Shown here: positions 1 through 9,313 of the stretch, one piece after another
How positions within the stretch are numbered: position 1 is the first letter of the stretch
Layout of the letters: every line of letters starts with the position of its first letter
Virus record (IMG/VR): IMGVR_UViG_3300042270_000651
Span: 1 to 64,000 of that record
Length of the DNA: 64,000 nt
Direction: 5' to 3' (one strand)
From: a virus
Lineage: Duplodnaviria > Caudoviricetes
Made by a program: the position numbers and the translations under genes
Notes under the pieces: generated by a model
Seen by the model: the letters and a program-made list of their open reading frames with translations, nothing else
The model's database searches: none
Told to the model about the DNA's origin: nothing

Positions 1-636
1 CTACTGGCTGACCCACAGAACGCGGGCGATCCACTCCACCTGCTCACGAGGCAGGGACCGATCTTCGTGAAGAGGGTTGAGGCTTTTCAACTCGACGCGC
101 TTTTCCGACAGCCGCAGCAGTTCCTTCACCATCACCTCGCCGTCGAGGGTGCGCACCACCACCCGGTCGCCACGCCGGATGGAGGCCTCGGGCGCGACCA
201 CCAGACGATCCCCGTCCCGATAGACCGGTTGCATGGAATCGCCCGACACCTCAAGGGCATATGCATGAGGGTCGGTGACATCCGGCGAGCGGATCTCATC
301 CCATCCCGCACCCACCGGCCAGCCGGCGTCATCGAAGAAACCGGCCAACCCCGCCTGCGCGAATCCGATCAGCGGAAGGGTGCGCGAAGGCGGCTGACCG
401 TGACCGATGCCTTCCACCATCGCGGTGAAGTCCGAGAACGACGTGTTGGTCGCCTGAAGGATCTTGGCGATGGATTCCGTCGACGGCCATCGCGGCTTGC
501 CTTCCCGCGTGGTGCGCTTAGACCGATTGAAGGTCGTGGAATCAAGCCCTGCCCGCCGGGCCAGTCCCGAGGCGGACAAGCCCTTGATTTCAGCGAGGCG
601 GTCGATCGCGCGCCAGATCTGCGAGTGCTTCAGCAT
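1..636 (-). CDS. HTH + S24 peptidase (CI/LexA-like) transcriptional repressor, host
   Basis: N-terminal HTH (SASGLARRAGLDSTTFNRSKR), AQAG cleavage-like site, catalytic GDSMQP and VKEL motifs. Confidence 0.9.
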   Translation of the reverse strand: MLKHSQIWRAIDRLAEIKGLSASGLARRAGLDSTTFNRSKRTTREGKPRWPSTESIAKILQATNTSFSDFTAMVEGIGHGQPPSRTLPLIGFAQAGLAGFFDDAGWPVGAGWDEIRSPDVTDPHAYALEVSGDSMQPVYRDGDRLVVAPEASIRRGDRVVVRTLDGEVMVKELLRLSEKRVELKSLNPLHEDRSLPREQVEWIARVLWVSQ

Positions 637-732
637 GGGAACATGGTCTTACAGACGGACAAATCGCGCATTAAGATTAAATTCCGCTATGCCTCTTGAC
701 GTTCTGGGCGGCGAATCCTAACACTTCCGGTT

Positions 733-747
733 GTTCTTATTTCGTTC
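733..747 (+). promoter_or_regulatory. Alphaproteobacterial LexA (SOS) box GTTC-N7-GTTC
   Basis: gttcTTATTTCgttc between a TTGACG-17-TAACAC promoter (696-724) and the ATG at 765. Confidence 0.65.
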
Positions 748-764
748 TTTCCGGGAGTTCCGCC

Positions 765-1133
765 ATGGCTCACCCCCACATCCCCCCTGTTCGCGTGCTG
801 ATCGACCGCCCCGCCGAGCTTTTTTGCTCCGCCGAGGATGCGTGGTTCTGGTACTGGCAATGCCAAATCGCCCGCGACGAGGGCGCCCGTTTCGTCGCGG
901 GCGCCGGAGTCGTCGGCCGCCCTTGCGATCCCGACGACGTATGCTGCGCCGCCTTGTCGTTGCTCCGGCGCGGCGTTCTTCAGCGCGGCCACCTCTCCAC
1001 CCTGGCGAGCTACGGTCGGGCGATGACGCCCCCCGACCCCCGCTTGCCCGATCAGGCCAACGCCCACCGCCTGTGGGAAGAGGCTCTCGACCGCATGACC
1101 ACCGTGTTGCGCGCCAAAGGAATCGTGGAATGA
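765..1133 (+). CDS. Hypothetical protein, possible regulator of the head operon
   Basis: ORF MAHPHIPP...LRAKGIVE with GGGAG RBS, divergent from the S24 repressor. Confidence 0.7.
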   Translation: MAHPHIPPVRVLIDRPAELFCSAEDAWFWYWQCQIARDEGARFVAGAGVVGRPCDPDDVCCAALSLLRRGVLQRGHLSTLASYGRAMTPPDPRLPDQANAHRLWEEALDRMTTVLRAKGIVE

Positions 1134-1525
1134 CCATCCCGGCCGTGGTCGTGTTCAGCGGCGACACCGACATTCCGTGGTTGCGCGTGTTGCGGCCCGG
1201 CTTTCGCCACTGCTTCGCCCTCATCGCGTCGGGCGACTGCTGGGTTCTGATCGACCCCTTGTCTCACTACACCGCCTTGCGGGTGGTTCAACAACCAGCG
1301 CCCTGGCAACCGGCTCCCTGGTTTCACGCGCACGGGCTCACCGCCATCGCCACGCACGCCGCCGAACCTCCCCGCCGCCTGGCCCCTTGGCGCCCCTATA
1401 CCTGTGTCGAGGCCGTGAAGCGGGCGCTTGGCCTGCGCCTCCCCTACGTTTTCACGCCCTGGCAACTGTACCGGACCCTCTCGGCCAATGGGATCGAAAC
1501 CCCACATAAAAGAAAATATTCTTGA
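1130..1525 (+). CDS. Hypothetical protein with His...TCVE motif (permuted papain-like, tentative)
   Basis: ATGA overlap with previous gene; GFRHCFA and YTCVEAVKR motifs. Confidence 0.65.
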   Translation: MTIPAVVVFSGDTDIPWLRVLRPGFRHCFALIASGDCWVLIDPLSHYTALRVVQQPAPWQPAPWFHAHGLTAIATHAAEPPRRLAPWRPYTCVEAVKRALGLRLPYVFTPWQLYRTLSANGIETPHKRKYS

Positions 1526-1550
1526 CATAGGGATTGAGATGCGTCATACC
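1522..1550 (+). promoter_or_regulatory. Sigma70-like promoter of the head operon
   Basis: TTGACA-17-CATACC preceded by an AT-rich UP-like tract. Confidence 0.6.
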
Positions 1551-1574
1551 TCCCCTTGTCAACGCCACACCTGC

Positions 1575-1604
1575 GCCCGCCGGACACCCTCCGGCGGGCT
1601 TTTT
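1575..1604 (+). terminator. Intrinsic terminator in the leader of the head operon
   Basis: GCCCGCCGGA-caccc-TCCGGCGGGC followed by TTTTT. Confidence 0.75.
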
Positions 1605-1656
1605 CGTGGCCGCAGTTCATGTCCCACCGCCCGCCCCACCAAAGGAGACCCGGCCC

Positions 1657-2292
1657 ATGGGAGGTTACTCATCCCTGCCGCCCCTCAACACTCTCGACGA
1701 TTTCGAGCAGTTGATGAACAGCGGTGGCCTGCCCGCCGGCGCCCCCAGCCAAGCTTTGCGTGACCGTTTACCCACGCCGCCACCGCCTCAACCGACGGTG
1801 TGGGTGGACAACGGCGCCGGCGAACCCGTGCCGCCGTCCTGGATGAAAAACCCCGGCCCGGACTGGTATCGCGTCGTCTTCGCCGACGGTACGGAAATGA
1901 GCGCCGCCGAATACCGCGCCTGGCGGGCCAAAAACGGCGTCTACGCACCGCCCACGGCCATCACCCCCGATGGGCGGGCCGTTTCCGACACCAAGGGCGC
2001 GCCCCCCACTCCAACGGCACCTCCGCCCTCATCGGGAACGCCGCCGTCCGCGCCTTCTCCACCGCCCTCGACGCCCACTCCGCCCCCCTCGCCCACTCCG
2101 AAGCCTCCAACATCGCCACCGCCCGCTCCAACGGCGCCTCCGCCCACACCGGAAGAGGAACGCCGCAAATCCCTGCAAACCCGAACCAGCGCCGAGGCCG
2201 CGCGCAAAAGCACCATCGCGACATCGTGGCGCGGGGTGCTCAGCCCGCCGCCGATCGTGGTCGGCCGCCGCAAGACCTTGTTGGGAGAATGA
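1657..2292 (+). CDS. Pro-rich protein preceding portal (podovirus pre-portal type)
   Basis: AAGGAG RBS; C-terminal TIATSWRGVL...RKTLLGE resembles small pre-portal proteins. Confidence 0.6.
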   Translation: MGGYSSLPPLNTLDDFEQLMNSGGLPAGAPSQALRDRLPTPPPPQPTVWVDNGAGEPVPPSWMKNPGPDWYRVVFADGTEMSAAEYRAWRAKNGVYAPPTAITPDGRAVSDTKGAPPTPTAPPPSSGTPPSAPSPPPSTPTPPPSPTPKPPTSPPPAPTAPPPTPEEERRKSLQTRTSAEAARKSTIATSWRGVLSPPPIVVGRRKTLLGE

Positions 2293-2295
2293 TCC

Positions 2296-3912
2296 ATGCC
2301 CGTCGATACCGAGGCCCTGTTGCGCCGCTACCGGGCCGCCCGGTCGCGCCGCAGCGCCTGGGAAGGACATTGGCGCGAATGCTATGACTTCACCCTGCCC
2401 AGCCGCGACGGCGCGGTGCCGGGGGGTGGAGCCGAGGGCGCGAAACGGGGCGACCGCCTGTTCGACGGCACCGCGCCGGACGCCGTGGACCAGTTGGCCG
2501 CCAGCCTGCTCGCGCAATTGACGCCGCCGTGGGCGCGCTGGTTCGGCCTGAGCGCCGGGGTGGAGATCGCCGCCACCGACCGCGACGCCATCGCGCCGGT
2601 CCTGGAAAAAACCGCCGAGATCGCGCGCGGCCACTTCGACCGCGCCAATTTCGCCGTCGAGATGCATCAAGCCTATCTGGATCTGGTGATCGCGGGCACC
2701 GCCAGCCTGTTGTTCGAGGAAGCGCCCCCTGGCAGCCCCAGCGCCTTCCGCTTCACCGCCGTTCCCCTGTCGGAACTGGTGGTGGAGGAAGGCGCATCGG
2801 GCCGCCTGGACACCACCTTCCGCCGATCGGACGCCAGCCTGCCCACCTTGCACGAACGCTTTCCCCGCGCCGACCTGCCCGACGCCCTGACCGCCCGCGC
2901 CGACGCGGACGCCGACGCCCGGTTCGCGGTGCTGGAAGCGGTCGTGCCCGAGCCGGACGGGGCCGGATTCGTCTACACCGCCTTGCTGGACCCGGAAGGC
3001 TCTCCCGGTACGTCGGACCCACTGGTGCTGGCCGAGGGCCGCTTCGCCCGCTCGCCCTTCATCACCTTCCGATGGCTGAAGGCCCCCGGCGAAGCCTATG
3101 GCCGCAGCCCGGTCATGAAGGCGCTGCCCGACATCAAGACCGCCAACAAGGTGGTGGAACTGGTGTTGAAGAACGCCAGCATCTCCGTCACCGGCATCTG
3201 GCAGGCCGATGACGACGGCGTGCTGAACCCCGCCAACATCCGGCTGGTGCCGGGGGCGATCATTCCCAAGGCGGTCGGGTCCTCGGGCCTGACGCCGCTG
3301 GAAGCGCCGGGGCGGTTCGATGTCAGCCAACTGGTGCTGGACGACCTGCGGGCGCGCATCCGTCACGCCCTGCTGGTGGACCGCCTGGGCCAGCCCGACG
3401 CCCCCACCATGACGGCGACCGAGGTGCTGGAACGGTCCGCCGAGATGGCGCGCATTCTGGGCGCCACCTACGGACGCTTGCAGTCAGAGCTTTTGACGCC
3501 GCTCATCCTGCGGGCCTTGTCCATCCTGCGCCGCCGGGGCGAAATCCCGGACTTGCGGGTGGACGGCCGCGTGGTGGACCTGACCTATCAGTCGCCGCTG
3601 GCCCGCACGCAGGCGCAATCCGACGCCCAGAACACCCTGACCTGGCTGACCTCCGTCGCCGGCCTTGGCCCCGAGGCGGCCCAGGCCGTGGACACGGTGG
3701 CGGCGGCCCGCTGGTTGGGCCGCGCCCTTGGCGTGCCCGCGGAACTCATCCGCGAGACGCCGCCCGAGGGCGCGGTTCCGTCCGCTCCTCCCGGCCCCGT
3801 GCCGGTGGGCGTGACACCCGCCGCGGCCCCGCCACCGACCGCCGGGGCCGCTCCGCCCCCGCTCGCCCCTGCCGCCGCCGCGATGCCCGGCGGCGCGGGA
3901 GGCGCGGCATGA
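2296..3912 (+). CDS. Portal / head-to-tail connector protein (T7/BPP-1-like)
   Basis: LFDGTA, GEAYGRSP, MTATEVLER and YQSPLA motifs. Confidence 0.9.
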   Translation: MPVDTEALLRRYRAARSRRSAWEGHWRECYDFTLPSRDGAVPGGGAEGAKRGDRLFDGTAPDAVDQLAASLLAQLTPPWARWFGLSAGVEIAATDRDAIAPVLEKTAEIARGHFDRANFAVEMHQAYLDLVIAGTASLLFEEAPPGSPSAFRFTAVPLSELVVEEGASGRLDTTFRRSDASLPTLHERFPRADLPDALTARADADADARFAVLEAVVPEPDGAGFVYTALLDPEGSPGTSDPLVLAEGRFARSPFITFRWLKAPGEAYGRSPVMKALPDIKTANKVVELVLKNASISVTGIWQADDDGVLNPANIRLVPGAIIPKAVGSSGLTPLEAPGRFDVSQLVLDDLRARIRHALLVDRLGQPDAPTMTATEVLERSAEMARILGATYGRLQSELLTPLILRALSILRRRGEIPDLRVDGRVVDLTYQSPLARTQAQSDAQNTLTWLTSVAGLGPEAAQAVDTVAAARWLGRALGVPAELIRETPPEGAVPSAPPGPVPVGVTPAAAPPPTAGAAPPPLAPAAAAMPGGAGGAA

Positions 3913-4196
3913 TCCCCGCCGCGCCCGAGCGCGAGGGGTGGAGCGGCCTCGAACCGGGGGCCGGGGGTGCGATCGAGGACGGTTCCGACGCGCCGGAGAA
4001 CGAGACGGGTTTCCTCTTCGCCCGTGTGTTTTCCGGCAGTGACGGCGACCGGGCGCTGCGCCACCTGCGCGCGCTGACCCTCGACCGCGCCCTCGGCCCC
4101 GAGGCCAGCCCGGAGGCCCTGCGCCACCTGGAAGGCCAACGCGCCCTTGTCCGCCACATCCTCGCCCTGGTGGTGCGGGGGCGGGCGGGCGGATAG
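3909..4196 (+). CDS. Bbp19-like small phage protein
   Basis: FARVF..DG..ALRHL...EGQRALV pattern; directly after portal. Confidence 0.7.
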   Translation: MIPAAPEREGWSGLEPGAGGAIEDGSDAPENETGFLFARVFSGSDGDRALRHLRALTLDRALGPEASPEALRHLEGQRALVRHILALVVRGRAGG

Positions 4197-4253
4197 GGGG
4201 CCTGCGGCTCTCCCCCGTCGTTCCCGAAGTTTCCCAACCGGAAGGACCCGACC

Positions 4254-4970
4254 ATGACCACTCCCGCCCTGCCCCGGCCCGCCGGGGTCAAACCCGCGAT
4301 CCCGGCGGAGTTCATCAACCCCGAAACCGGCGAGGCCGATGTCGAGGCCCTGCTCGCCGCCTTCATGGCCCTGCAACAACACACCGAAGGCGCTGTCCGT
4401 GTGCCCGGTCCCGAGGCCGACGACCAAACCCGACGCGCCTTTTTCTCGGCGCTAGGCGTCCCCGACAGCCCCGACGGCTACCAGGTCGCCGCGCCGCACG
4501 CGCTGCTTCAGGCCGACCCCGCCGTCAACAGCCGCCTCCACGCCGCCGGGTTCACGCCCGAACAGGTGCAGGTCGTTTACGATCTGGCCGCCGAACATGT
4601 CATTCCCGTGCTGGAAACCATGGCCGCCGACATGGACGGCGACCGCGAACTCGCCCTCCTGATCGATCACTTCGGCGGCGAGGAACGCTGGGCCGAGATC
4701 AGCCGTCAGCTTCAGGCCTGGGGCAAGGCCAACCTGCCCGCCGATGTGCTGTCCGCCCTGGCGGGCACGGCGGACGGCGTGCTGGCCCTGTTCCGCATGA
4801 TGCAATCCGGCGAGCCGGGCCTGGGTGGCCTGGACAAAAGCACAGGCGGCCCCACCGACGAAGACGCCGTCAAGGCGCTGATGCGCGACCCGAAATACTG
4901 GCGCGAGCGCGACCCCGCCACGGTGCGCAAGGTCGCGGAGGGCTTCAAGCGCCTCTATCCAGGGGCCTAG
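4254..4970 (+). CDS. Capsid assembly scaffold protein
   Basis: Between portal and capsid; LGVPDSPDGY motif and C-terminal DPKYW motif. Confidence 0.7.
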   Translation: MTTPALPRPAGVKPAIPAEFINPETGEADVEALLAAFMALQQHTEGAVRVPGPEADDQTRRAFFSALGVPDSPDGYQVAAPHALLQADPAVNSRLHAAGFTPEQVQVVYDLAAEHVIPVLETMAADMDGDRELALLIDHFGGEERWAEISRQLQAWGKANLPADVLSALAGTADGVLALFRMMQSGEPGLGGLDKSTGGPTDEDAVKALMRDPKYWRERDPATVRKVAEGFKRLYPGA

Positions 4971-5064
4971 GGCAAATCCCGAGCGGGCGCGATAGCCGGG
5001 CTGCCGCCCGGACCCGCTTGGGGACGATCTCCCCAAACCCCTCTTTGTTTTGTTCAGTAAGAGT

Positions 5065-5135
5065 GTGCCTTCAGCGGCGCGCAGCGCATCAACTCCCAAC
5101 GGTGGAATTGGTGTGCGCTGCGCGCGGCTGAGCAC
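5065..5135. repeat. Long imperfect inverted repeat (REP/MITE-like hairpin)
   Basis: gcgcgcagcgcatcaactcc...ggaattggtgtgcgctgcgcgc in the scaffold-capsid spacer. Confidence 0.55.
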
Positions 5136-5260
5136 CTCCTAGCCCAAGGAACCGCGGGTCTGGGTGGCCGCGCCACCCAGCGGGGGCTTGGAGGCGGAGC
5201 CTCCAAATATATCCCCCCGTCGCCTCTCTTCACCCATCACAACCCAAGGACCACGCAACC

Positions 5261-5965
5261 ATGTCCGTTCAGATCGACAAGTCCTTCGTGAAGCATTTCC
5301 AGGCCGACGTTCACCTCGCCTTTCAGCAGATGGGGTCCAAGCTGCGCAACACCGTGCGCACCAAGAACGACGTCAAAGGTTCTTCCACCGTGTTCCAGAA
5401 GGTCGGCAAGGGTACGGCCTCGACCAAGGCGCGGCACGGCAAGGTGCCGGTCATGAACCTCGACCACACGCCGGTCGAGTGCCAGCTCTACGACTACTAC
5501 GCCGGCGACTGGGTGGACCGGCTGGACGAGTTGAAAACCAACATCGACGAACGCCAGGTGCTGGTGAAGGCCGGGGCCTACGCCCTGGGCCGCAAGACCG
5601 ACGAGCTGATCATCAACGAGTTCGACGCCTCCACCAACTACGCCCAGGACGGCACCACCGGATTGACCAAGGAAAAGGTGCTGGCCGCCTTCGAAATGCT
5701 GGGCGAGGCCGACGTGCCCGACGACGGCGACCGCCATGCCGTGGTGGGCTGGAAACAGTGGTCCGAGCTGCTCGCCATCCCCGAGTTCTCCAACGCCGAT
5801 TACGTGGGCGAGGATGACCTGCCGTGGAAAGGCACCCAGGCCAAGAAGTGGCTGGGTACTTTGTGGATGCCCCATTCCGGCCTGACCGCTTCGGGCGGGG
5901 TGCGGTTTTGCTACTGGTATGACCGCAAGAAGTATCTTGACACATTCTATCGCGTCAGAAGCTAG
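5261..5965 (+). pseudogene. Podovirus-type major capsid protein, 3'-truncated by prophage insertion
   Basis: Capsid-like sequence (YAGDWVDRLDELK, GAYALGRKTD) up to CYWY at about 5920, then 14 AT-rich codons ending against the integrase stop; only 234 aa. Confidence 0.75.
5905..5925. other. Probable prophage attachment junction
   Basis: Composition shift after tgctactggtat, about 40 bp beyond the integrase 3' end; partner att site not in window. Confidence 0.55.
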
Positions 5966-7062
5966 GGTTTGTGCCCCTTACCGGGCGACCCGACGAGTTT
6001 ACTGTATTCGTACTGTGTCTCGCTGTGTGCTGCGCTGTTCTGCGCTTCCTGCGCCCTGGCCTCATCAATGCGCCGCATCTGGTGGTGCATCGTCTCGGTG
6101 ACGACGTGGGCGTAGCGCATGGTCGTCTGCAGGTTGGCATGCCCCAGAATGCGCTGCAGCACCGCGATCTCGCCGCCGTCGCGCAGCCAGCGGGTGGCGA
6201 AGGTGTGGCGCAGGTCGTGCCACCGGCAGGACACGCCGGACAGCTCCAGGGCGGGATACCAGAACCAGTGCGTGGCGACGTAGCGGCCGGTGCGGCCAGA
6301 CCGGAACAGGTGGGCGTCCCCGTCCTTGAGCATGTACCGCTCGGCGATGGCCAGCGCGCGGGCCGACAGCGGAACGACTCGGGCCTCGGCGTCCTTGGTG
6401 TCCGTCTCGAACAGGTGCACCTCGCGCCGCTTCAGGTCGACCCACCGGCAGCGCAGGTTCAGCTGCTCGCTCTTGCGCAGGCCCGTCTCGATGGCGAACG
6501 CCACCATGTCCCGGTGCTGGGGGTCACCCAGCGCCTTGAGGATGCGGGCCTCCTCGTCGTGGGTCAGGAACCGCGTAATCTCTCGGGCCCCCTGCAGCCG
6601 CTTCCACACCCGCGCGGCCTTCACCGGGTTGTTTTCGGCGGTGTCGCACCCCAGCCAAGTGAACAGGCCCGACAGGTACGTGCACTCGGCCAGCACCGTG
6701 CCGTCGGTCACCCCCGTGGCGCGGCGCTTCTCGATGAAGTCCTCGACCTCGTCGACCGTGATCTCCGACAGGTACAGCTCGCCGATGATCGGGTGCCAGT
6801 TCCGCAGCGCGCGGGTGAATGAGCGGCGCGTGTTGCGCTTGGTCTGAGCCAGTACGTACTCGGCGGCCACGTCCTTATAAAGACGAGCGCCCCGGAAAGC
6901 CCGGCGGCGCTCTGTCGCTTTCAAACAACGGTCGAGAACCTGATGAGCCTCGGCCTCTATTTCTGTCCCAGAAGATTTTCGTACAAGCCGTCCGTCGGCG
7001 TCCCGGTATCTGATCCACCAGGCTTTTGTCCCTTCCCGTCGGTAGACGCTTCCTTTTGCCAT
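5962..7062 (-). CDS. int: Tyrosine integrase
   Basis: TGLRKSE, HDLRHTFAT and LGHANLQTTMRY catalytic motifs. Confidence 0.95.
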   Translation of the reverse strand: MAKGSVYRREGTKAWWIRYRDADGRLVRKSSGTEIEAEAHQVLDRCLKATERRRAFRGARLYKDVAAEYVLAQTKRNTRRSFTRALRNWHPIIGELYLSEITVDEVEDFIEKRRATGVTDGTVLAECTYLSGLFTWLGCDTAENNPVKAARVWKRLQGAREITRFLTHDEEARILKALGDPQHRDMVAFAIETGLRKSEQLNLRCRWVDLKRREVHLFETDTKDAEARVVPLSARALAIAERYMLKDGDAHLFRSGRTGRYVATHWFWYPALELSGVSCRWHDLRHTFATRWLRDGGEIAVLQRILGHANLQTTMRYAHVVTETMHHQMRRIDEARAQEAQNSAAHSETQYEYSKLVGSPGKGHKP

Positions 7063-7253
7063 TTGCCTTCCTTAACCAGTTTGATCTGGTTCGTCGGATA
7101 CCGCCAACGCTTGCCGATACGCACGGCCGGGAGGTCTCCTTCCTGCGCCAGAATCTGAGCCATTCGGCTACTGATACGAAAAAGGTCCGCCACCTCCTTG
7201 GAGGTCAAGAACTCCTCCTCGTCGAGCAGGTTTTTGTTGTCTTTCTCCCGCAA
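6957..7253 (-). CDS. Excisionase-like HTH protein
   Basis: LTSKEVADLFRIS...LPAVRIGKRWRY motif; overlaps the int start. Confidence 0.8.
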   Translation of the reverse strand: MREKDNKNLLDEEEFLTSKEVADLFRISSRMAQILAQEGDLPAVRIGKRWRYPTNQIKLVKEGKWQKEASTDGKGQKPGGSDTGTPTDGLYENLLGQK

Positions 7254-7288
7254 CCTTCCCCCTCCTGCTGGTACGCCCTGGCCCCAAT

Positions 7289-7303
7289 GTTCTCGTTTTG
7301 TAC
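7289..7303. promoter_or_regulatory. Putative LexA box variant GTTC-N7-GTAC upstream of xis-int
   Basis: gttcTCGTTTTgtac between a minus-strand TTGACT (7345-7350) and the xis start. Confidence 0.45.
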
Positions 7304-7370
7304 TTGATCCGTACCCAATGGGCTTACTTGTAGCACCCCTATTGAGTCAAGGGCGTATGCGCGACCCTGA

Positions 7371-7580
7371 CTACCGGGTGCCTCTCTCGAGGCGGCGCTG
7401 ACAGTCTATGCAAGTCCGAGCGCCGGGTTTCGCCCTGCGGCGCCTTTCCGGTATCTCGTCCCCGCAAACTGAGCAGTCCAGGACCTCCTCCGTAGACTGA
7501 GCGGCCTTCTGGTGCGACTCCAGGGCCTTGCGCAGGAACAGCTCGCTGCGCTCCTGGGCGAGGTCGATGTCGTCTGCCAT
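7371..7580 (-). CDS. TraR/DksA C4 zinc-finger protein
   Basis: MADDIDLAQE...CSVCGDEIPERRR...TCIDCQ. Confidence 0.9.
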   Translation of the reverse strand: MADDIDLAQERSELFLRKALESHQKAAQSTEEVLDCSVCGDEIPERRRRAKPGARTCIDCQRRLERGTR

Positions 7581-8590
7581 CAGGCGGCCTCCGGCAGCTT
7601 GTTGAGCATCAGCGCGCTCCAGGTCTTGGGGTACTGCGCCATCAGCTGGGCCGCGATCATCTGGGCCGGCTCGCGGGTCTCCTGCTGGGCGTTCCCGGCC
7701 AGGCGCTCGGCGCACAGGCGGGCGTAGTCGTTGAGGCTGGCCGTCCAGTACCACTGCGTGTGCGCGGCCATGGTGAGCCACGCACGGGCCTGTTCGGCCG
7801 CGATGCCCTTCTCGACGGCGGCCTGATAATCCTCCAGGGCGTAGGCGTTGGCCTCGCGCAGCGCCCCGGTGGCCCAGGTCTGCGTGGCGGGGGTTACGAC
7901 ACCGTCGGAGCCCTGCTTCTTGTCCTGGGACTGCGCCCGCCACTCGTCGGGCTCCCAGAAGGTCGGGTCGTCGGTGACGTAGCGCCGGCTGACCTCGTTC
8001 TGCACGAAGCCATCCTGGTGCTTGCCCAGCTGGCGGGCCACGAAGAAGGGCACGTCGATCAGGAAGCAGGCGCTCGACAGCACAGCGCGCTCGGGGTCCT
8101 TGGCCATCCAGGCGTCGGTGATCTGGTCGGGCCGGATCAGGCGCACCCGGTCGCCCTGGGCCTCGGGCTCCTCGATGCCGTAGGCGTCGCAGGCATAGGG
8201 GAAGCTCTCCCACAGCATGTCCCGCACGCCAGCGTCCACGTCCTCGGGCAGCAGGCCCTGGCGCAGGTTGCGCACCCAGGCGTAGAGCGAGCCCTTGACC
8301 ATGTACTCGCCGGGGCTGGTCTGCAGGGTCTGGAAGCCGACCCCGCGCTTGAGCAACCAGGCCACGGCCTCGGCGTCCGACAACGCCATCTGGACCCACA
8401 TCTGCGGGTGGGCGTAGGGCGTCCAGTGGCCGTTGCGGGCCAGAAAGCCCATCAGCTTCTGATCCCGCTCCGACAGCACGGGCTCACCCGTCACGTCCGG
8501 CAGCCAGTTCGACTTCTTGGCGAAAGACACCCGCGCGCTGTTCACGACCAGCAGGTCGTCGTGCGCCGGATGAAGCAGCTGAGCCTTCAT
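7580..8590 (-). CDS. thyX: FAD-dependent thymidylate synthase
   Basis: DLLVVNSARVSF, HWTP, ARQLGKHQ...NEVSRRY and EQAR motifs; contains an internal insertion. Confidence 0.9.
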   Translation of the reverse strand: MKAQLLHPAHDDLLVVNSARVSFAKKSNWLPDVTGEPVLSERDQKLMGFLARNGHWTPYAHPQMWVQMALSDAEAVAWLLKRGVGFQTLQTSPGEYMVKGSLYAWVRNLRQGLLPEDVDAGVRDMLWESFPYACDAYGIEEPEAQGDRVRLIRPDQITDAWMAKDPERAVLSSACFLIDVPFFVARQLGKHQDGFVQNEVSRRYVTDDPTFWEPDEWRAQSQDKKQGSDGVVTPATQTWATGALREANAYALEDYQAAVEKGIAAEQARAWLTMAAHTQWYWTASLNDYARLCAERLAGNAQQETREPAQMIAAQLMAQYPKTWSALMLNKLPEAA

Positions 8591-8856
8591 GCTCCCTCCT
8601 TGTGCAATTGAGTGCAGCCCTTCTCGGGGAGGGGCTTCATGTTCTCCACGGCATCCTTCCACGCGGCCTTGAACGCGACCTTCTTGTCGTCGGCCTCGCC
8701 CCGACTCATGGTGACGTAGGTGCCGCCGTCGCCGCCGATGCAGCCGTCCCCGGTCTGGCAGTGCCAGGGGCGACGGTAGCCGCAGTAGTCGCAGGCCACC
8801 ACCTCCCCGTCCCGGACTTTGACCTCGCCGGACTTTTTCTTGATCACGATGGGCAT
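8587..8856 (-). CDS. Hypothetical Cys-containing protein
   Basis: ORF with CDYC...C...C, coupled to thyX. Confidence 0.55.
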   Translation of the reverse strand: MPIVIKKKSGEVKVRDGEVVACDYCGYRRPWHCQTGDGCIGGDGGTYVTMSRGEADDKKVAFKAAWKDAVENMKPLPEKGCTQLHKEGA

Positions 8857-8859
8857 GGC

Positions 8860-9207
8860 TCACCCCGCACGCTGAAGGGCGGTGGCCACCTTGCGGTCGG
8901 GGGCGGGCAGCCCCTCGTGCCGCGCGGCATCGCGGTCAAGCTGGATCAGGTGGCAGCCCCGGTCCATGGCATAGCGGATGACCCCGATCAGGTAGCCCGA
9001 GGTCCAGCTGGAGCGCAGCTCGTTGATCAGCCCCTCGCGGTCGTCGCTGTCGGGGACCGACACGAAGTAGCCCAGGTCGTATTCGTAGACCACCAGCAGC
9101 GGCGCCTTGCCGCCCACCTTGGTGATCGTCGCCATTATGGACAAAAACTGGCCGTCGCTTTCGGTGATGTGGTCAAGCGACAGGTCCAGACAAGTCGTAA
9201 AAGCCAT
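8860..9207 (-). CDS. Hypothetical phage protein
   Basis: MAFTTCLDLSLDHITESD with AAGGAGG RBS. Confidence 0.65.
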   Translation of the reverse strand: MAFTTCLDLSLDHITESDGQFLSIMATITKVGGKAPLLVVYEYDLGYFVSVPDSDDREGLINELRSSWTSGYLIGVIRYAMDRGCHLIQLDRDAARHEGLPAPDRKVATALQRAG

Positions 9208-9313
9208 ATTGCCCTCCTTGGCATGTATGAATGTGATTACGCCATCAGTATAGCGGATGGTGACTCCTTGGGGCCAGGATATAATGCGTCTCCCGGCCCC
9301 TTGGAATGTCTGC

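Noticed and set aside
671-685. CtrA box
   Set aside because: TTAA half-sites are 2 nt apart, not 7
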